Assembly: GCA_964354495.1 (NCBI GenBank)
Contig: CAYHAA010000009.1
Location: 1 to 32,000 of the forward strand
DNA length: 32,000 nucleotides
DNA from: an uncultured archaeon
GTDB lineage: Archaea > Asgardarchaeota > Thorarchaeia > Thorarchaeales > Thorarchaeaceae
Direction of reading: 5' to 3'
Position numbers and translations under genes: made by a program
Notes under the pieces: model-generated
Seen by the model: only the letters and a program-made list of their open reading frames with translations
Told to the model about the DNA's origin: nothing
The model's database searches: none
Shown here: positions 8,061 through 17,612 of the stretch, piece by piece
How positions within the stretch are numbered: the stretch's first letter is position 1
Layout of the letters: each line of letters opens with the position of its first letter

Positions 8061-11005
8061 TTCGCTGACCTCCGCTTCAGTGCCTTCTTGGGCACTGACT
8101 GTTTCATGGGAATAGCTCGCCCTTGTTTCATCGGTTTCAGTAGTCCACGAAGGTAGTGGCCAGTGAACGAACTCTCACATGCAGCTACATCTTCAGGAGT
8201 TCCTTCCGCAATGAGATATCCGCCTCCATCTCCGCCCTCAGGACCAAGGTCTATCACCCAGTCAGCGGTCTTGGCAACATCCAACTGGTGCTCAATCACG
8301 AGGACTGTGTTTCCTAGGTCAACGAGTCGATGGAGAACTTCGAGTAGTTTCTTGATGTCGGCAAAGTGCAATCCGGTCGTTGGCTCGTCTAGTAATATGA
8401 GAGTCTGCCCAGTGGCAGGTCGTGAGAGGTACTTGCTCAGCTTGATACGCTGCGCCTCGCCGCCCGAGAGCGTAGTCGCGGGCTGTCCGAGTTTCACATA
8501 GCCCATACCAACTTCACAGAGGGTTTCGAGCCGTCTGCGGACACTGGGAATGCCCTCGAAGAACTTGACTGCCTCATCGATACGCATGTCCAAAATGTCT
8601 GCGATGTTCTTGCCCTTGAACCGCACCTGCAGGGTCTCTCTATTGTACCGCCGTCCCTTGCACTCACTGCAAGTGACCTGAACCGGAGGGAGAAACTGCA
8701 TTTCAATGATCTCAACACCTGCACCCTTGCAGGTCCCGCATCGCCCACTCATGACATTGAAGCTGAAACGTCCGGGTTTGTATCCTCTTACCTGGGACTC
8801 GGGAAGGCTTGAGAAGAGGTCTCTCAAGGGTGACCAGAGACCTACGTATGTCGCAGGGTTCGACCTAGGTGTTCTCCCTATGGGACCTTGGTCAATGACT
8901 ATCACCTTGTCAAGCTGCTCCACGCCGAGTATCTCATCAAACTCACCTGGTTTTGCCTCTGCATTGTGGAACCTTCGTGCAAGTTCTCGTTGAAGAGTTT
9001 CTACAATCAGAGAGGATTTGCCAGATCCTGAAACTCCCGTGACTGCGATGAACAGACCGAGGGGAATCCGAAGATTCAGGTTCTTTAGATTATTATGCCG
9101 GCAACCCCTTATTTCGAGGAACCGACCGTTTGGGTGTCTTCTATTCTTCGGAACAGGTATACTATCCTCGCCCCGAAGGAACTTGCCAGTGATGGACCTT
9201 TCACATTTGAGAACATCGTCGAGAGTCCCGGCTACGACAACTTCTCCGCCTTCAGCACCGGCTCCGGGGCCCAGGTCGACGATGTAGTCAGCTCTCCGGA
9301 TGGTCTCTTCATCATGCTCCACAACAAGAACATTGTTCCCCAAGTCTCGCAGATGAGTCAGAGACTTCAGGAGCCTGTCGTTGTCTCGACTGTGAAGCCC
9401 GATACTGGGCTCGTCACACACATACGTCACACCAACAAGGTTTGAGCCAATCTGGCTCGCAAGGCGAATCCTCTGAGCCTCGCCTCCTGCAAGACTCGGA
9501 GCGGACCTATCGAGAGTGAGATAGTCTAGTCCTACATCCTCGAGGAATCCGATACGCCCCATTATCTCACGAATAATTGGGTCAGAAACCGGTCGAAGTC
9601 TAGGCACAACTTGTGCCTTCTCGAAGAACTCCCTCAGAGCCTTGATTGACATGTTGTTCAGGTCAGTGACAGACTTGCCATCGAATGTCACGGCCAGAGA
9701 CTCGGATCTCAGCCTCCTGCCGTTGCAGAGGGGGCAGGTCTGAGATGACATGAACTTCTCGAGAATACTCTGACCATACTCAGATGTTGTAGTCTTGTAG
9801 AGCCTCTTCGCCCGTTCTACCCACCCCTCAAAGGGCCTCTGGAACGTCCCCTTGAACTGGACCTCGTACTCTGGATTATCGGCTTCCCATGTGGCCTCGA
9901 ACTTCTCGTCACCTGAGCCATAGAGAAGTAGGTTTCGCTGCTTCTCCGTCATGTCCTTCCATGGTGTGTCCATGGTAAAGCCGTAGTGCTCAACAATCTT
10001 CTTGGTGAAGTCGCGTTTGACTTTCCACTCGTCTGTCGAGAACAGGCCATCATTCAGAGAGCGGCTTGGATCTGTGATGAACATATCAGGGTCGAACTGC
10101 CTGATGACACCAATGCCTGTACAGCGAGGACATGCGCCTTGAGGTGTGTTCCAACTGAAGATACGAGGTTCCATTTCTGGAAGACTGATACCACAGTCAA
10201 CACAGGCGAACTGCTCTGACAAGGTCAGATCTCCATCAGGACCAATGATAGTGACCACTCTCTCGGCCATCTTCAGTGCGGTCTCCACAGCCTCTGAGAT
10301 TCGCCCTCGCTCTGATGCCTTCACAGTGAGACGGTCGATGACCACTTCTATCGTATGCCCAAAGTACCTATCAAGCGACATACCTTCCTCAAGCTCAAGG
10401 AGTTTCCCGTCAACGCGCGCTCGTATGTACCCCCTCTTCATCAGGTCCTTGAACTCTCTCCGATACTCTCCCTTGCGTCCCCGGACAATAGGAGCCAGAA
10501 TCATGACACGGGAGCCCTCTTTGAAATCCATGATTCGGTCAACAATCTGCTGAGATGTCTGGGGTTCGATCTTCTTTCCGCATTTCGGGCAGTGGGGCTC
10601 TCCGACTCTAGCGTACAGAAGGCGCAGATAATCATAGATCTCTGTAATGGTCCCAACAGTTGACCTTGGATTACGGCTGACACTCTTCTGATCGATTGAT
10701 ATCGATGGTGAGAGACCTGTCATGAGGTCGACCTTTGGTTTCTCAAGCATTCCCAAGAACTGCCGAGCATACGGTGATAGTGACTCGATAAATCGCCTCT
10801 GGCCTTCACTGTAGATAGTATCAAAGACCAAGGAGCTCTTCCCTGACCCCGAGAGACCTGTCACTACTGTAAGAGTATTCTTTGGAATAGTGACATCGAT
10901 GTGTTTCAGATTGTGCTCAGCGGCGCCAATGACCACGATTGACCTAGGAATATCTTCCTCAGACTCTAGGTCACCAGTGCTCTTCTTCTTGTCCGCCGTG
11001 GTCAC
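8057..11005 (-). CDS. uvrA: Excinuclease ABC subunit A (982 aa)
   Basis: GAAEHNLK, GLSGSGKSS, EGQRRFIESLS, Zn modules, GRTPRSNPATY, LSGGEAQRIKL. The GTG start overlaps the uvrB stop by 4 nt. Confidence 0.98.
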   Translation of the reverse strand: MTTADKKKSTGDLESEEDIPRSIVVIGAAEHNLKHIDVTIPKNTLTVVTGLSGSGKSSLVFDTIYSEGQRRFIESLSPYARQFLGMLEKPKVDLMTGLSPSISIDQKSVSRNPRSTVGTITEIYDYLRLLYARVGEPHCPKCGKKIEPQTSQQIVDRIMDFKEGSRVMILAPIVRGRKGEYRREFKDLMKRGYIRARVDGKLLELEEGMSLDRYFGHTIEVVIDRLTVKASERGRISEAVETALKMAERVVTIIGPDGDLTLSEQFACVDCGISLPEMEPRIFSWNTPQGACPRCTGIGVIRQFDPDMFITDPSRSLNDGLFSTDEWKVKRDFTKKIVEHYGFTMDTPWKDMTEKQRNLLLYGSGDEKFEATWEADNPEYEVQFKGTFQRPFEGWVERAKRLYKTTTSEYGQSILEKFMSSQTCPLCNGRRLRSESLAVTFDGKSVTDLNNMSIKALREFFEKAQVVPRLRPVSDPIIREIMGRIGFLEDVGLDYLTLDRSAPSLAGGEAQRIRLASQIGSNLVGVTYVCDEPSIGLHSRDNDRLLKSLTHLRDLGNNVLVVEHDEETIRRADYIVDLGPGAGAEGGEVVVAGTLDDVLKCERSITGKFLRGEDSIPVPKNRRHPNGRFLEIRGCRHNNLKNLNLRIPLGLFIAVTGVSGSGKSSLIVETLQRELARRFHNAEAKPGEFDEILGVEQLDKVIVIDQGPIGRTPRSNPATYVGLWSPLRDLFSSLPESQVRGYKPGRFSFNVMSGRCGTCKGAGVEIIEMQFLPPVQVTCSECKGRRYNRETLQVRFKGKNIADILDMRIDEAVKFFEGIPSVRRRLETLCEVGMGYVKLGQPATTLSGGEAQRIKLSKYLSRPATGQTLILLDEPTTGLHFADIKKLLEVLHRLVDLGNTVLVIEHQLDVAKTADWVIDLGPEGGDGGGYLIAEGTPEDVAACESSFTGHYLRGLLKPMKQGRAIPMKQSVPKKALKRRSAK

Positions 11006-12993
11006 TCTTGAACTCCCTCTACTCTCTTCCGTAATCCTGCAATCTGATCTCGGAGCTTTGCAGCCCTCTCGAACTCAAGGTTCCGGGCAGCCTCCTTCAT
11101 TTGTTCTTCCAAGTCGATGATGTAGTCAGCAAGTTCATCCACCTCAAATGGGTCAAAGTCCTCTAGCTTTGTCTGAGCTTCTTTCTCAGGCTTGACAATA
11201 CCCTGTGCAATGTCCTGAATGCCCTTCACAATTGACGTCGGTCGAATGCCATGTTCCTCGTTGTATTTCGTCTGATAGCGACGTCTTCGGTTGGTCTCAT
11301 CGATGGCAGACTGCATCGCATCTGAAACGTGGTCACCATATAGAATCACACGCCCATTGGCATTTCTTGCTGCTCGGCCCATCGTCTGAATGAGTGCCCA
11401 GTCCGTTCGTAGGAAGCCTTCCTTATCAGCATCCAGAATTGCCACCAAAGAAACCTCTGGGAGGTCAAGCCCCTCTCGAAGGAGGTTAATTCCGACCAAG
11501 ACGTCAAACTTTCCCTGACGAAGTTCGCGAACAATCTCAATTCGCTCGACGGTCCCTATATCGGAGTGGAGATATCGCGCCTTGACACCTGCTTCTACAA
11601 GATACTCACTCAGCATCTCAGCAGTCTTCTTTGTGAGTGTCGTGACTAGGATTCGGTCACCCAGAGTAACTGTCCTCTTGATCTCTCCAAGGAGATGGTC
11701 CACCTGACCTACTACAGGCTTGACGATGACCTCAGGGTCTAGGAGCCCGGTTGGTCGAACCAGCTGCTCAACTATCTGCTGACTCACCTTCTTTTCAAAC
11801 GGGCCAGGTGTCGCGGTCGTGTAGATGACGCTCCTCATGTACTTCTCAAACTCGTGGAACTTCAGGGGTCTGTTGTCAATCGCGGAAGGCAACCTGAAGC
11901 CATAATCAACAAGGTTCTGCTTCCGAGCAAGGTCGCCATTGTACATCCCATGTAACTGGGGGATGGTCATATGACTCTCATCAAGAATCATCAGGAAGTC
12001 ATCAGGGAAGTAATCCAGCAGGGTAAAGGGTTTTACACCCTTTGCACGGCCATCAATGAATCGTGAGTAGTTCTCAATCCCCTGACACATGCCAGTCTCT
12101 CTCAGCATCTCAAGATCGAATAGGGTTCTGCGCTTCAGGCGGTCCGCCTCGACTAATTTGCCCTCTTTCTTGAACCACTCAACCCGCTCTTCCATCTCCT
12201 GCTCGATCTCATCGAGGACCTCAACGACTTTCTCATATCGTGCGATATGATGACGGGCAGGGTAGAGTTCAAACCAGTCAGGATTTCCAATTTTCCTGGC
12301 AGTGAGGCGTTCAAGAAGAGTGAGCCTGTCAACAACATCACCGTCAAGCTCTATCCGGATGCTATTCTCGGACCCTGAGGGGTACACATCGATGACATCG
12401 CCTCTGACCCTGAAGACTCCCGGTTTGACATCCATGTCGTTGCGTTCGTACTGCATGGCTACAAGGCGTTCCAGAATCTCTCTCCTGTCGACCTTTTTTC
12501 CTCGTTCGACGTACATTCGGAAGTAATCGTACTCGCTTGGGTCCCCCACACCATAGATACAGGACACGGAGGCCACCACAACGACATCCTTTCGAGAACG
12601 GAGTGAGTGGGTCGTTGAGTGGCGGAGTCGTTCGATCTCTTCATTGATGTCAGTCTCTTTCTCAATGTACATGTCCTTTGAGGGAACATACGCCTCGGGC
12701 TGGTAGTAGTCATAGTAGCTGACGAAGTACTCCACCGCATTTGACGGAAAGAACTGCTTGTATTCAGAGGCGAGCTGTGCTCCTAGAGTCTTGTTGTGGG
12801 ATATGACCAGAGTAGGTTTCTTCACTGCCTCTATGACATTGGCAATTGTGAACGTCTTGCCTGAGCCTGTGACTCCCAGAAGGGTCTGATGCTCAAGACC
12901 GCTCTCCAGACCCTCCACCAGCTTGGCAATTGCCTGTGGCTGGTCACCAGTTGGTTTGAAGGGTGCCCTGAGCTCAAAGTTCTGGTCTGCCAT
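11002..12993 (-). CDS. uvrB: Excinuclease ABC subunit B
   Basis: PTGDQP, GVTGSGKT, beta-hairpin YYDYYQPEAY, DESH, LREGLDLPEV, QTMGRAARN, C-terminal UVR domain. Start probably the ATG at 12993 (alternatives 13005, 13023). Confidence 0.98.
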   Translation of the reverse strand: MADQNFELRAPFKPTGDQPQAIAKLVEGLESGLEHQTLLGVTGSGKTFTIANVIEAVKKPTLVISHNKTLGAQLASEYKQFFPSNAVEYFVSYYDYYQPEAYVPSKDMYIEKETDINEEIERLRHSTTHSLRSRKDVVVVASVSCIYGVGDPSEYDYFRMYVERGKKVDRREILERLVAMQYERNDMDVKPGVFRVRGDVIDVYPSGSENSIRIELDGDVVDRLTLLERLTARKIGNPDWFELYPARHHIARYEKVVEVLDEIEQEMEERVEWFKKEGKLVEADRLKRRTLFDLEMLRETGMCQGIENYSRFIDGRAKGVKPFTLLDYFPDDFLMILDESHMTIPQLHGMYNGDLARKQNLVDYGFRLPSAIDNRPLKFHEFEKYMRSVIYTTATPGPFEKKVSQQIVEQLVRPTGLLDPEVIVKPVVGQVDHLLGEIKRTVTLGDRILVTTLTKKTAEMLSEYLVEAGVKARYLHSDIGTVERIEIVRELRQGKFDVLVGINLLREGLDLPEVSLVAILDADKEGFLRTDWALIQTMGRAARNANGRVILYGDHVSDAMQSAIDETNRRRRYQTKYNEEHGIRPTSIVKGIQDIAQGIVKPEKEAQTKLEDFDPFEVDELADYIIDLEEQMKEAARNLEFERAAKLRDQIAGLRKRVEGVQE

Positions 12994-13272
12994 CCTAACG
13001 GTCATCTCCTTTGCTAGGCTCACGCATAAACATTACAACTTAGGGTTAGTGGTACATGCTATGCCAGCGAATGACTGAAACTAGTACTAGTAGCTTCTTG
13101 AGCGATGTAATCCGCAAGCACGGACAACCCTGTCGGGGAGAGGTAGGTGAATATATCATTACATCTCAATGGAACCGAGCTATCTTTCCTCCTGTGTTTT
13201 TCTACGTCAAAGGCAATCTTATTGTGCAGAATTAGGGCCTCCCGGTTGAGGTGGTCTACCATATTTAGAGAG

Positions 13273-14379
13273 ATGAGTAGGAATTCATACGAAGATGCCA
13301 GGTTTCTGTTCAAGCGATTCGGTTACCAAGTTGTTGTGAGGGCAGTAATCGATGGGACTTCACCAGGAAAGATCTGGATTGACAATGAGGAAAACCCCAA
13401 ATGCGGTTTCATGGCCACCACTGAAGGTTGGTTTCTGGCCGGGACTCCCGAGAATGACGATTTCAACCATGGCTTGAGGGATCTCGTACACGACATGATT
13501 TTGAGAGGCGACTACTACTCACCGGTCAACCCTGAGTTTCTGAGGGAGCTCTTCTTCCACATAGACACTGAGGAATGGAAATCGAAGTTCACCTATCTCT
13601 TTGATATCCGCCCACCATTACCATGTCGAAGGATGCACTTCACATGCAGTCAGGTCACCTTAGATTGGCAGGACAAGATACCAGAGGGGTATCATCTACT
13701 AGCGGTCGACTCAGCGCTGGATGTCGATGCATTGGAATTTCCTGAAGACATCAAAAAATGGGTAGAAAGCAGTCTGGAGGACCAGAAGAAAAGAGGGTTC
13801 GGGAAGTGTCTTGTTCATGGAACCAAAGTGGTAGTATGGATCAATGCTGATTGTGCAAGCGGAGATGAGTGCGAGATTGGCATCATTACCACTGGAGATT
13901 ATAGAAAGAAGGGGCTTGGGAGTCTGACAGCAGCAGCTGCGGTTAATCACTGCCTCTCCAACGGATTCTCCCTTGTCGGATGGCATTGTGATGTAGGCAA
14001 TGACGGGTCAGTTGGCGTGGCGAAGAAGGTGGGCTTTGTCAAGGAACGCGACTATATCCACTACATTTGCATGTTCAGTGAGGCCGAGCACCTCGCAGAG
14101 TCTGGCTTGAGACACTTCTACGACCGACAGTATGAGGAGGCACTATCTGACTTGGAAGAAGCACTTCGAATCGGTGAGGCTCCGACCTGGACACATGTTC
14201 TAGCTGGCCGTTCCTATGCTGCCATAGGTGATACGACGAACGCTTCGAAACACTTCATAAGAGCGAAATCGGATGGCTGGAGCAACTGGGACTGGCTACT
14301 CCAGAATGAAGAGATAAAATCAAAGTTCGGAAGAACAGAATGGAGAGAGCTAGTTTCACAATTGCGGCAGATCATCTAG
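13273..14379 (+). CDS. GNAT-family acetyltransferase with C-terminal TPR-like extension
   Basis: Acetyl-CoA-binding motif YRKKGLG..AAAA and WHCDVGNDGSVGVAKKVGF, followed by TPR-like helices. The start is uncertain. The track start at 13147 is probably too far upstream; ATG 13273 is used, and GAGGTG at 13248-13253 would also fit TTG 13246 or ATA 13261. Confidence 0.85.
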   Translation: MSRNSYEDARFLFKRFGYQVVVRAVIDGTSPGKIWIDNEENPKCGFMATTEGWFLAGTPENDDFNHGLRDLVHDMILRGDYYSPVNPEFLRELFFHIDTEEWKSKFTYLFDIRPPLPCRRMHFTCSQVTLDWQDKIPEGYHLLAVDSALDVDALEFPEDIKKWVESSLEDQKKRGFGKCLVHGTKVVVWINADCASGDECEIGIITTGDYRKKGLGSLTAAAAVNHCLSNGFSLVGWHCDVGNDGSVGVAKKVGFVKERDYIHYICMFSEAEHLAESGLRHFYDRQYEEALSDLEEALRIGEAPTWTHVLAGRSYAAIGDTTNASKHFIRAKSDGWSNWDWLLQNEEIKSKFGRTEWRELVSQLRQII

Positions 14380-14528
14380 AGGGCTTGCGCTTCTCCAGCG
14401 TGGAAATGCAATAATGAGTTGAGGAGCACGTTTTGTGCAGGAGCACCATGCTGCACACCGAAACCACCATATTCGAATGGAATTCTGCGCCCTCGGCTCT
14501 CTTGGATTGACTTTGATCATGGAGGACA

Positions 14529-14771
14529 ATGCTGATGACCTCTGACTGCTCCGATGGCTACTGTAAACAGAAGATACAGGCAATCGATAATGCAATAGGA
14601 CACACCAAGAACGAATGGGCGACTCTTCTTCATGACACAAGCAAGTATGAAGATGTGTCTCAGGCACTCAAGTTCTGTGAAGCCTTCAGGCTGGAGGCAA
14701 GGGTCAGCGTGACTTCTGAAGGCTACAGTGTGCAGTTCCGTCAGGATACGACGAGAAACAACAAGCTCTGA
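14529..14771 (+). CDS. Small hypothetical protein (80 aa), possibly TusA/SirA-like
   Basis: GGAGGA SD 2 nt before the ATG (8 nt before the second ATG). Protein-like composition with an N-terminal Cys pair. The fold guess is by eye only. Confidence 0.6.
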   Translation: MLMTSDCSDGYCKQKIQAIDNAIGHTKNEWATLLHDTSKYEDVSQALKFCEAFRLEARVSVTSEGYSVQFRQDTTRNNKL

Positions 14772-14901
14772 AGGCCCTGTTCACACTCCGGATTCGTTTG
14801 AGTGCATGCCCCTGGATTACCCTGCGCTGCTGCAGGTACGTCATTTGAACAGACTCAAATAGAGGTGCTACCGCGGATGATGCAAGCGAGGAGAAAGAGT
14901 C

Positions 14902-15609
14902 GTGACTAGCGCAGAAGACTGGAAGAACAAGAAATGGACGGCTAGTGCAAGGCAGTTGATTCACTGGATAGCCAAAACTGATCCTGAGAAGCCTGTCATG
15001 GTTCTAATTAGACACTCGCACAGAGAAACTATGCGATACCATAGTGACATGCTGAGTGTTGGATTGACTCCTCTGGGAAAGGCCATCTCAGTAGAGATGG
15101 GGCGACGGTTTCCAGTCAATAGAAAGGCTTACATCTTCTTCAGTATTGTTCCTAGATGTTATGAAACAGCAGAGGGAATCTCGCAGGGATTCATTCAGGC
15201 GGGTGGGGAAGTCATCGATATGGATTCACTTCCAACATTGGCCAGACCCGAATATACGGATGACAAGGTATGGAAGAACCTGAACCCAAATGGAAACAAC
15301 GTGACTGAGTTCGTCAATCGATGGGCAGATGAGGAGTTCGAGGGTCGTATGGAGTCCTTTGATGAGTTTCAGGCAAGGTTGTTGGACGATACCCTTAGGC
15401 GTTTCATATCACTGAAGGAGAACCAGCTTCATATCCATGTGACTCACGACCTCTCGTTGATGTCTGCCAAGAGAGCACTCAACGGAAGAGCTCTCACGAG
15501 GGATGATCGAGAGCCATTCTTGGGCGGTGTTGCAGTCGCATACAGAAACTCAAGATTGCATCTCTTCATTGGAGGAGAGAGTGAAGAGCTGCGAGTACCA
15601 CACGTCTGA
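14902..15609 (+). CDS. Histidine phosphatase family protein
   Basis: LIRHSH catalytic-His motif, PRCYETA, distal VTHD. GTG start after GAGGAG. Confidence 0.85.
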   Translation: MTSAEDWKNKKWTASARQLIHWIAKTDPEKPVMVLIRHSHRETMRYHSDMLSVGLTPLGKAISVEMGRRFPVNRKAYIFFSIVPRCYETAEGISQGFIQAGGEVIDMDSLPTLARPEYTDDKVWKNLNPNGNNVTEFVNRWADEEFEGRMESFDEFQARLLDDTLRRFISLKENQLHIHVTHDLSLMSAKRALNGRALTRDDREPFLGGVAVAYRNSRLHLFIGGESEELRVPHV

Positions 15610-15623
15610 TACACAACCTCACT

Positions 15624-17486
15624 CTACTCAGCTGGTGGCGATACAGACCTCCTATGGCGAAAGATGCCATAGACACTCAACAGGATTACCACCGTCGAAC
15701 CAGTAGAGATGGCTGATGTAATATTGAGAGTCATGCTAGACCATCCGTTCACTCCTGTTGTCGTGATGGTGCCAGTAGTAGTATTCGCTGGTGGTCTAGG
15801 TTCATGCAGGGACGCATTCACTCTGTAGTGGAACAGGGGATTCCAAGTCAGATTGTACCACTGGTTTGGTTCATAGCCCGCCAACAGAAAGGGACCACAG
15901 GTCACATGAGGAGCCTCTGGGTCAAAGACAGGATTCCACTCACTCCAACCATCGTAGCCGATACCTCTGTCGGATGCAAAGATATGCTTGGGGATTGTTC
16001 GCAAATAGGCGAACTTCGAGAAGTGCCAGTATGATTCTGTAGCGTACTCGAAAATCACCCGGTATGGGTTCGGAGCATATGCTCCGATAAGATCACCAAG
16101 CTCTGTTGCAGCAGGATTGCCGTAGGCGCCACTCTCGAAGGCATAGGCAATCGTGAATGCAATGTCCTCGGCAGTCAAGGGAACACCATCGCTCCACGTG
16201 GCGTTCTGAATGATGTCAACAGTAAACCTTGTATGACCAAGCGGCACAGCAGGATTGTCTGCATGACTCTCGATCAGAAGACTGCTCGCAAGGTCAGGGT
16301 ACGGCCTTAGGTCGGGGCCGTATCTGTATAGCGAGGAATACAGTTCATCGAAGATGAATTCGGAGGCGGGCGATTCAGCGGTGTAGATGTTGAAGCTGTC
16401 AGGAGCCTCACGTATCGCGATGGGAACCACGCCACCGTCAGTCCCGTCGAGCAGATGAATCCTCCTCATAGTCCAGAGATTCGGAATGTATCCGCTGAGG
16501 TCTTGAACGTGGCCGGTGAACTTGTCGGTCCGATACTTCTGGGTGTAGGTATCCTCGTACACAACTAGAAGTGGCACCTGCTCATGGAGAATCCTCTGCA
16601 TCCAATATGATGCATTATAGACCTCTTCATAAGTTGTTCCGTGAAGAAGTTGTTGACTGCATCGGTCATAGGTTTCGTTACTGAAGCTAGATGGATTCTG
16701 GTGGGGTACATCAGCATACTCTGAGCAGAATCGATAAGCCAGCCAGTCGACATCATCACTATCGAAGCCATAGGCAAAGAAAGTCATATCCCACTCAACG
16801 TAAGTATTGTAATCACCATAATGAGATGCCATTCGTAAAGAAGGCATACCAAGTGACCGGAGAGCCTCTGCAGCGTAATAGGTAATATCGTCGAAATATG
16901 AGCACCCAACGATAATGGGTTCGATGGGTTGACCCTTGTAGGTTCTCCAACCATCCAGACCATATGGGAAGAGGCCGGACGCATTCAGCAGCAAGTTGCC
17001 ATAGGCGGATTGACTAGTGTAGTAGTGCCACTGCAGCTCATCCTCGATGCACCAGCTGCTCGCACTAGGAACAATGGAATCGTGCACTTGGGGCAGTCCG
17101 TCGAAGAGCTCCTCAATCACACGTGCCTTGTCAAAGGCAAAAGCAAATGCCCTTCTCAGAACGCTCTCATTTAGAGGTGCAGTACTGCAGTTGATTGCAA
17201 AGCAACCATAACCGTTTCTCAGCACCCTGAACTCCTGAACACTAGGATTCTCCTCAGGTATCTCAGAGGGGTCCTGATAGAAAGTCGTGTCCATCTCTAT
17301 TACTCCTGCATTCATTGCCCAGAGTTTTTGGTCCTGATTCTCAATCACCGTGAGAAGTATTGAATCAATGAGGGGACCTGAATTGAGGTTGGCTGGTACG
17401 GGGAGAAACGCACTTGCATAGGGTGAGGAGGCAATCAGAAATGATAGCAACAACAAGCCAACAATGACACACTTTGCTGATCTCAA
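15624..17486 (-). CDS. Family-5 (Opp/Dpp-type) ABC solute-binding protein, circularly permuted, C-terminally anchored
   Basis: Signal-like N-terminus, LRRAFAFAFDK, WSDGVPLTAEDIAFT, GPFLL...WNP, Thr-rich linker, then a hydrophobic tail ending RHRR. Confidence 0.9.
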   Translation of the reverse strand: MRSAKCVIVGLLLLSFLIASSPYASAFLPVPANLNSGPLIDSILLTVIENQDQKLWAMNAGVIEMDTTFYQDPSEIPEENPSVQEFRVLRNGYGCFAINCSTAPLNESVLRRAFAFAFDKARVIEELFDGLPQVHDSIVPSASSWCIEDELQWHYYTSQSAYGNLLLNASGLFPYGLDGWRTYKGQPIEPIIVGCSYFDDITYYAAEALRSLGMPSLRMASHYGDYNTYVEWDMTFFAYGFDSDDVDWLAYRFCSEYADVPHQNPSSFSNETYDRCSQQLLHGTTYEEVYNASYWMQRILHEQVPLLVVYEDTYTQKYRTDKFTGHVQDLSGYIPNLWTMRRIHLLDGTDGGVVPIAIREAPDSFNIYTAESPASEFIFDELYSSLYRYGPDLRPYPDLASSLLIESHADNPAVPLGHTRFTVDIIQNATWSDGVPLTAEDIAFTIAYAFESGAYGNPAATELGDLIGAYAPNPYRVIFEYATESYWHFSKFAYLRTIPKHIFASDRGIGYDGWSEWNPVFDPEAPHVTCGPFLLAGYEPNQWYNLTWNPLFHYRVNASLHEPRPPANTTTGTITTTGVNGWSSMTLNITSAISTGSTVVILLSVYGIFRHRRSVSPPAE

Positions 17487-17612
17487 TCAAGCATCCCCAG
17501 CATGCAACCTGCACTCAGTATGGATAAGGCTTCGTATAACTTATACCAATCCCGCATTTGAAGCCAATTCATGGTACTGCTTATTAGGAAGCCACACTGA
17601 ACGCTGCTGATT

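Noticed and set aside
13059-13262. 67-84-aa minus-strand ORF upstream of uvrB
   Set aside because: It abuts or overlaps the GNAT start, leaving no promoter room, and has no recognisable motif or SD. Not fully excluded.
14356-14667. 103-aa minus-strand ORF
   Set aside because: It overlaps the better supported SD-led plus-strand ORF at 14529 and has atypical composition.
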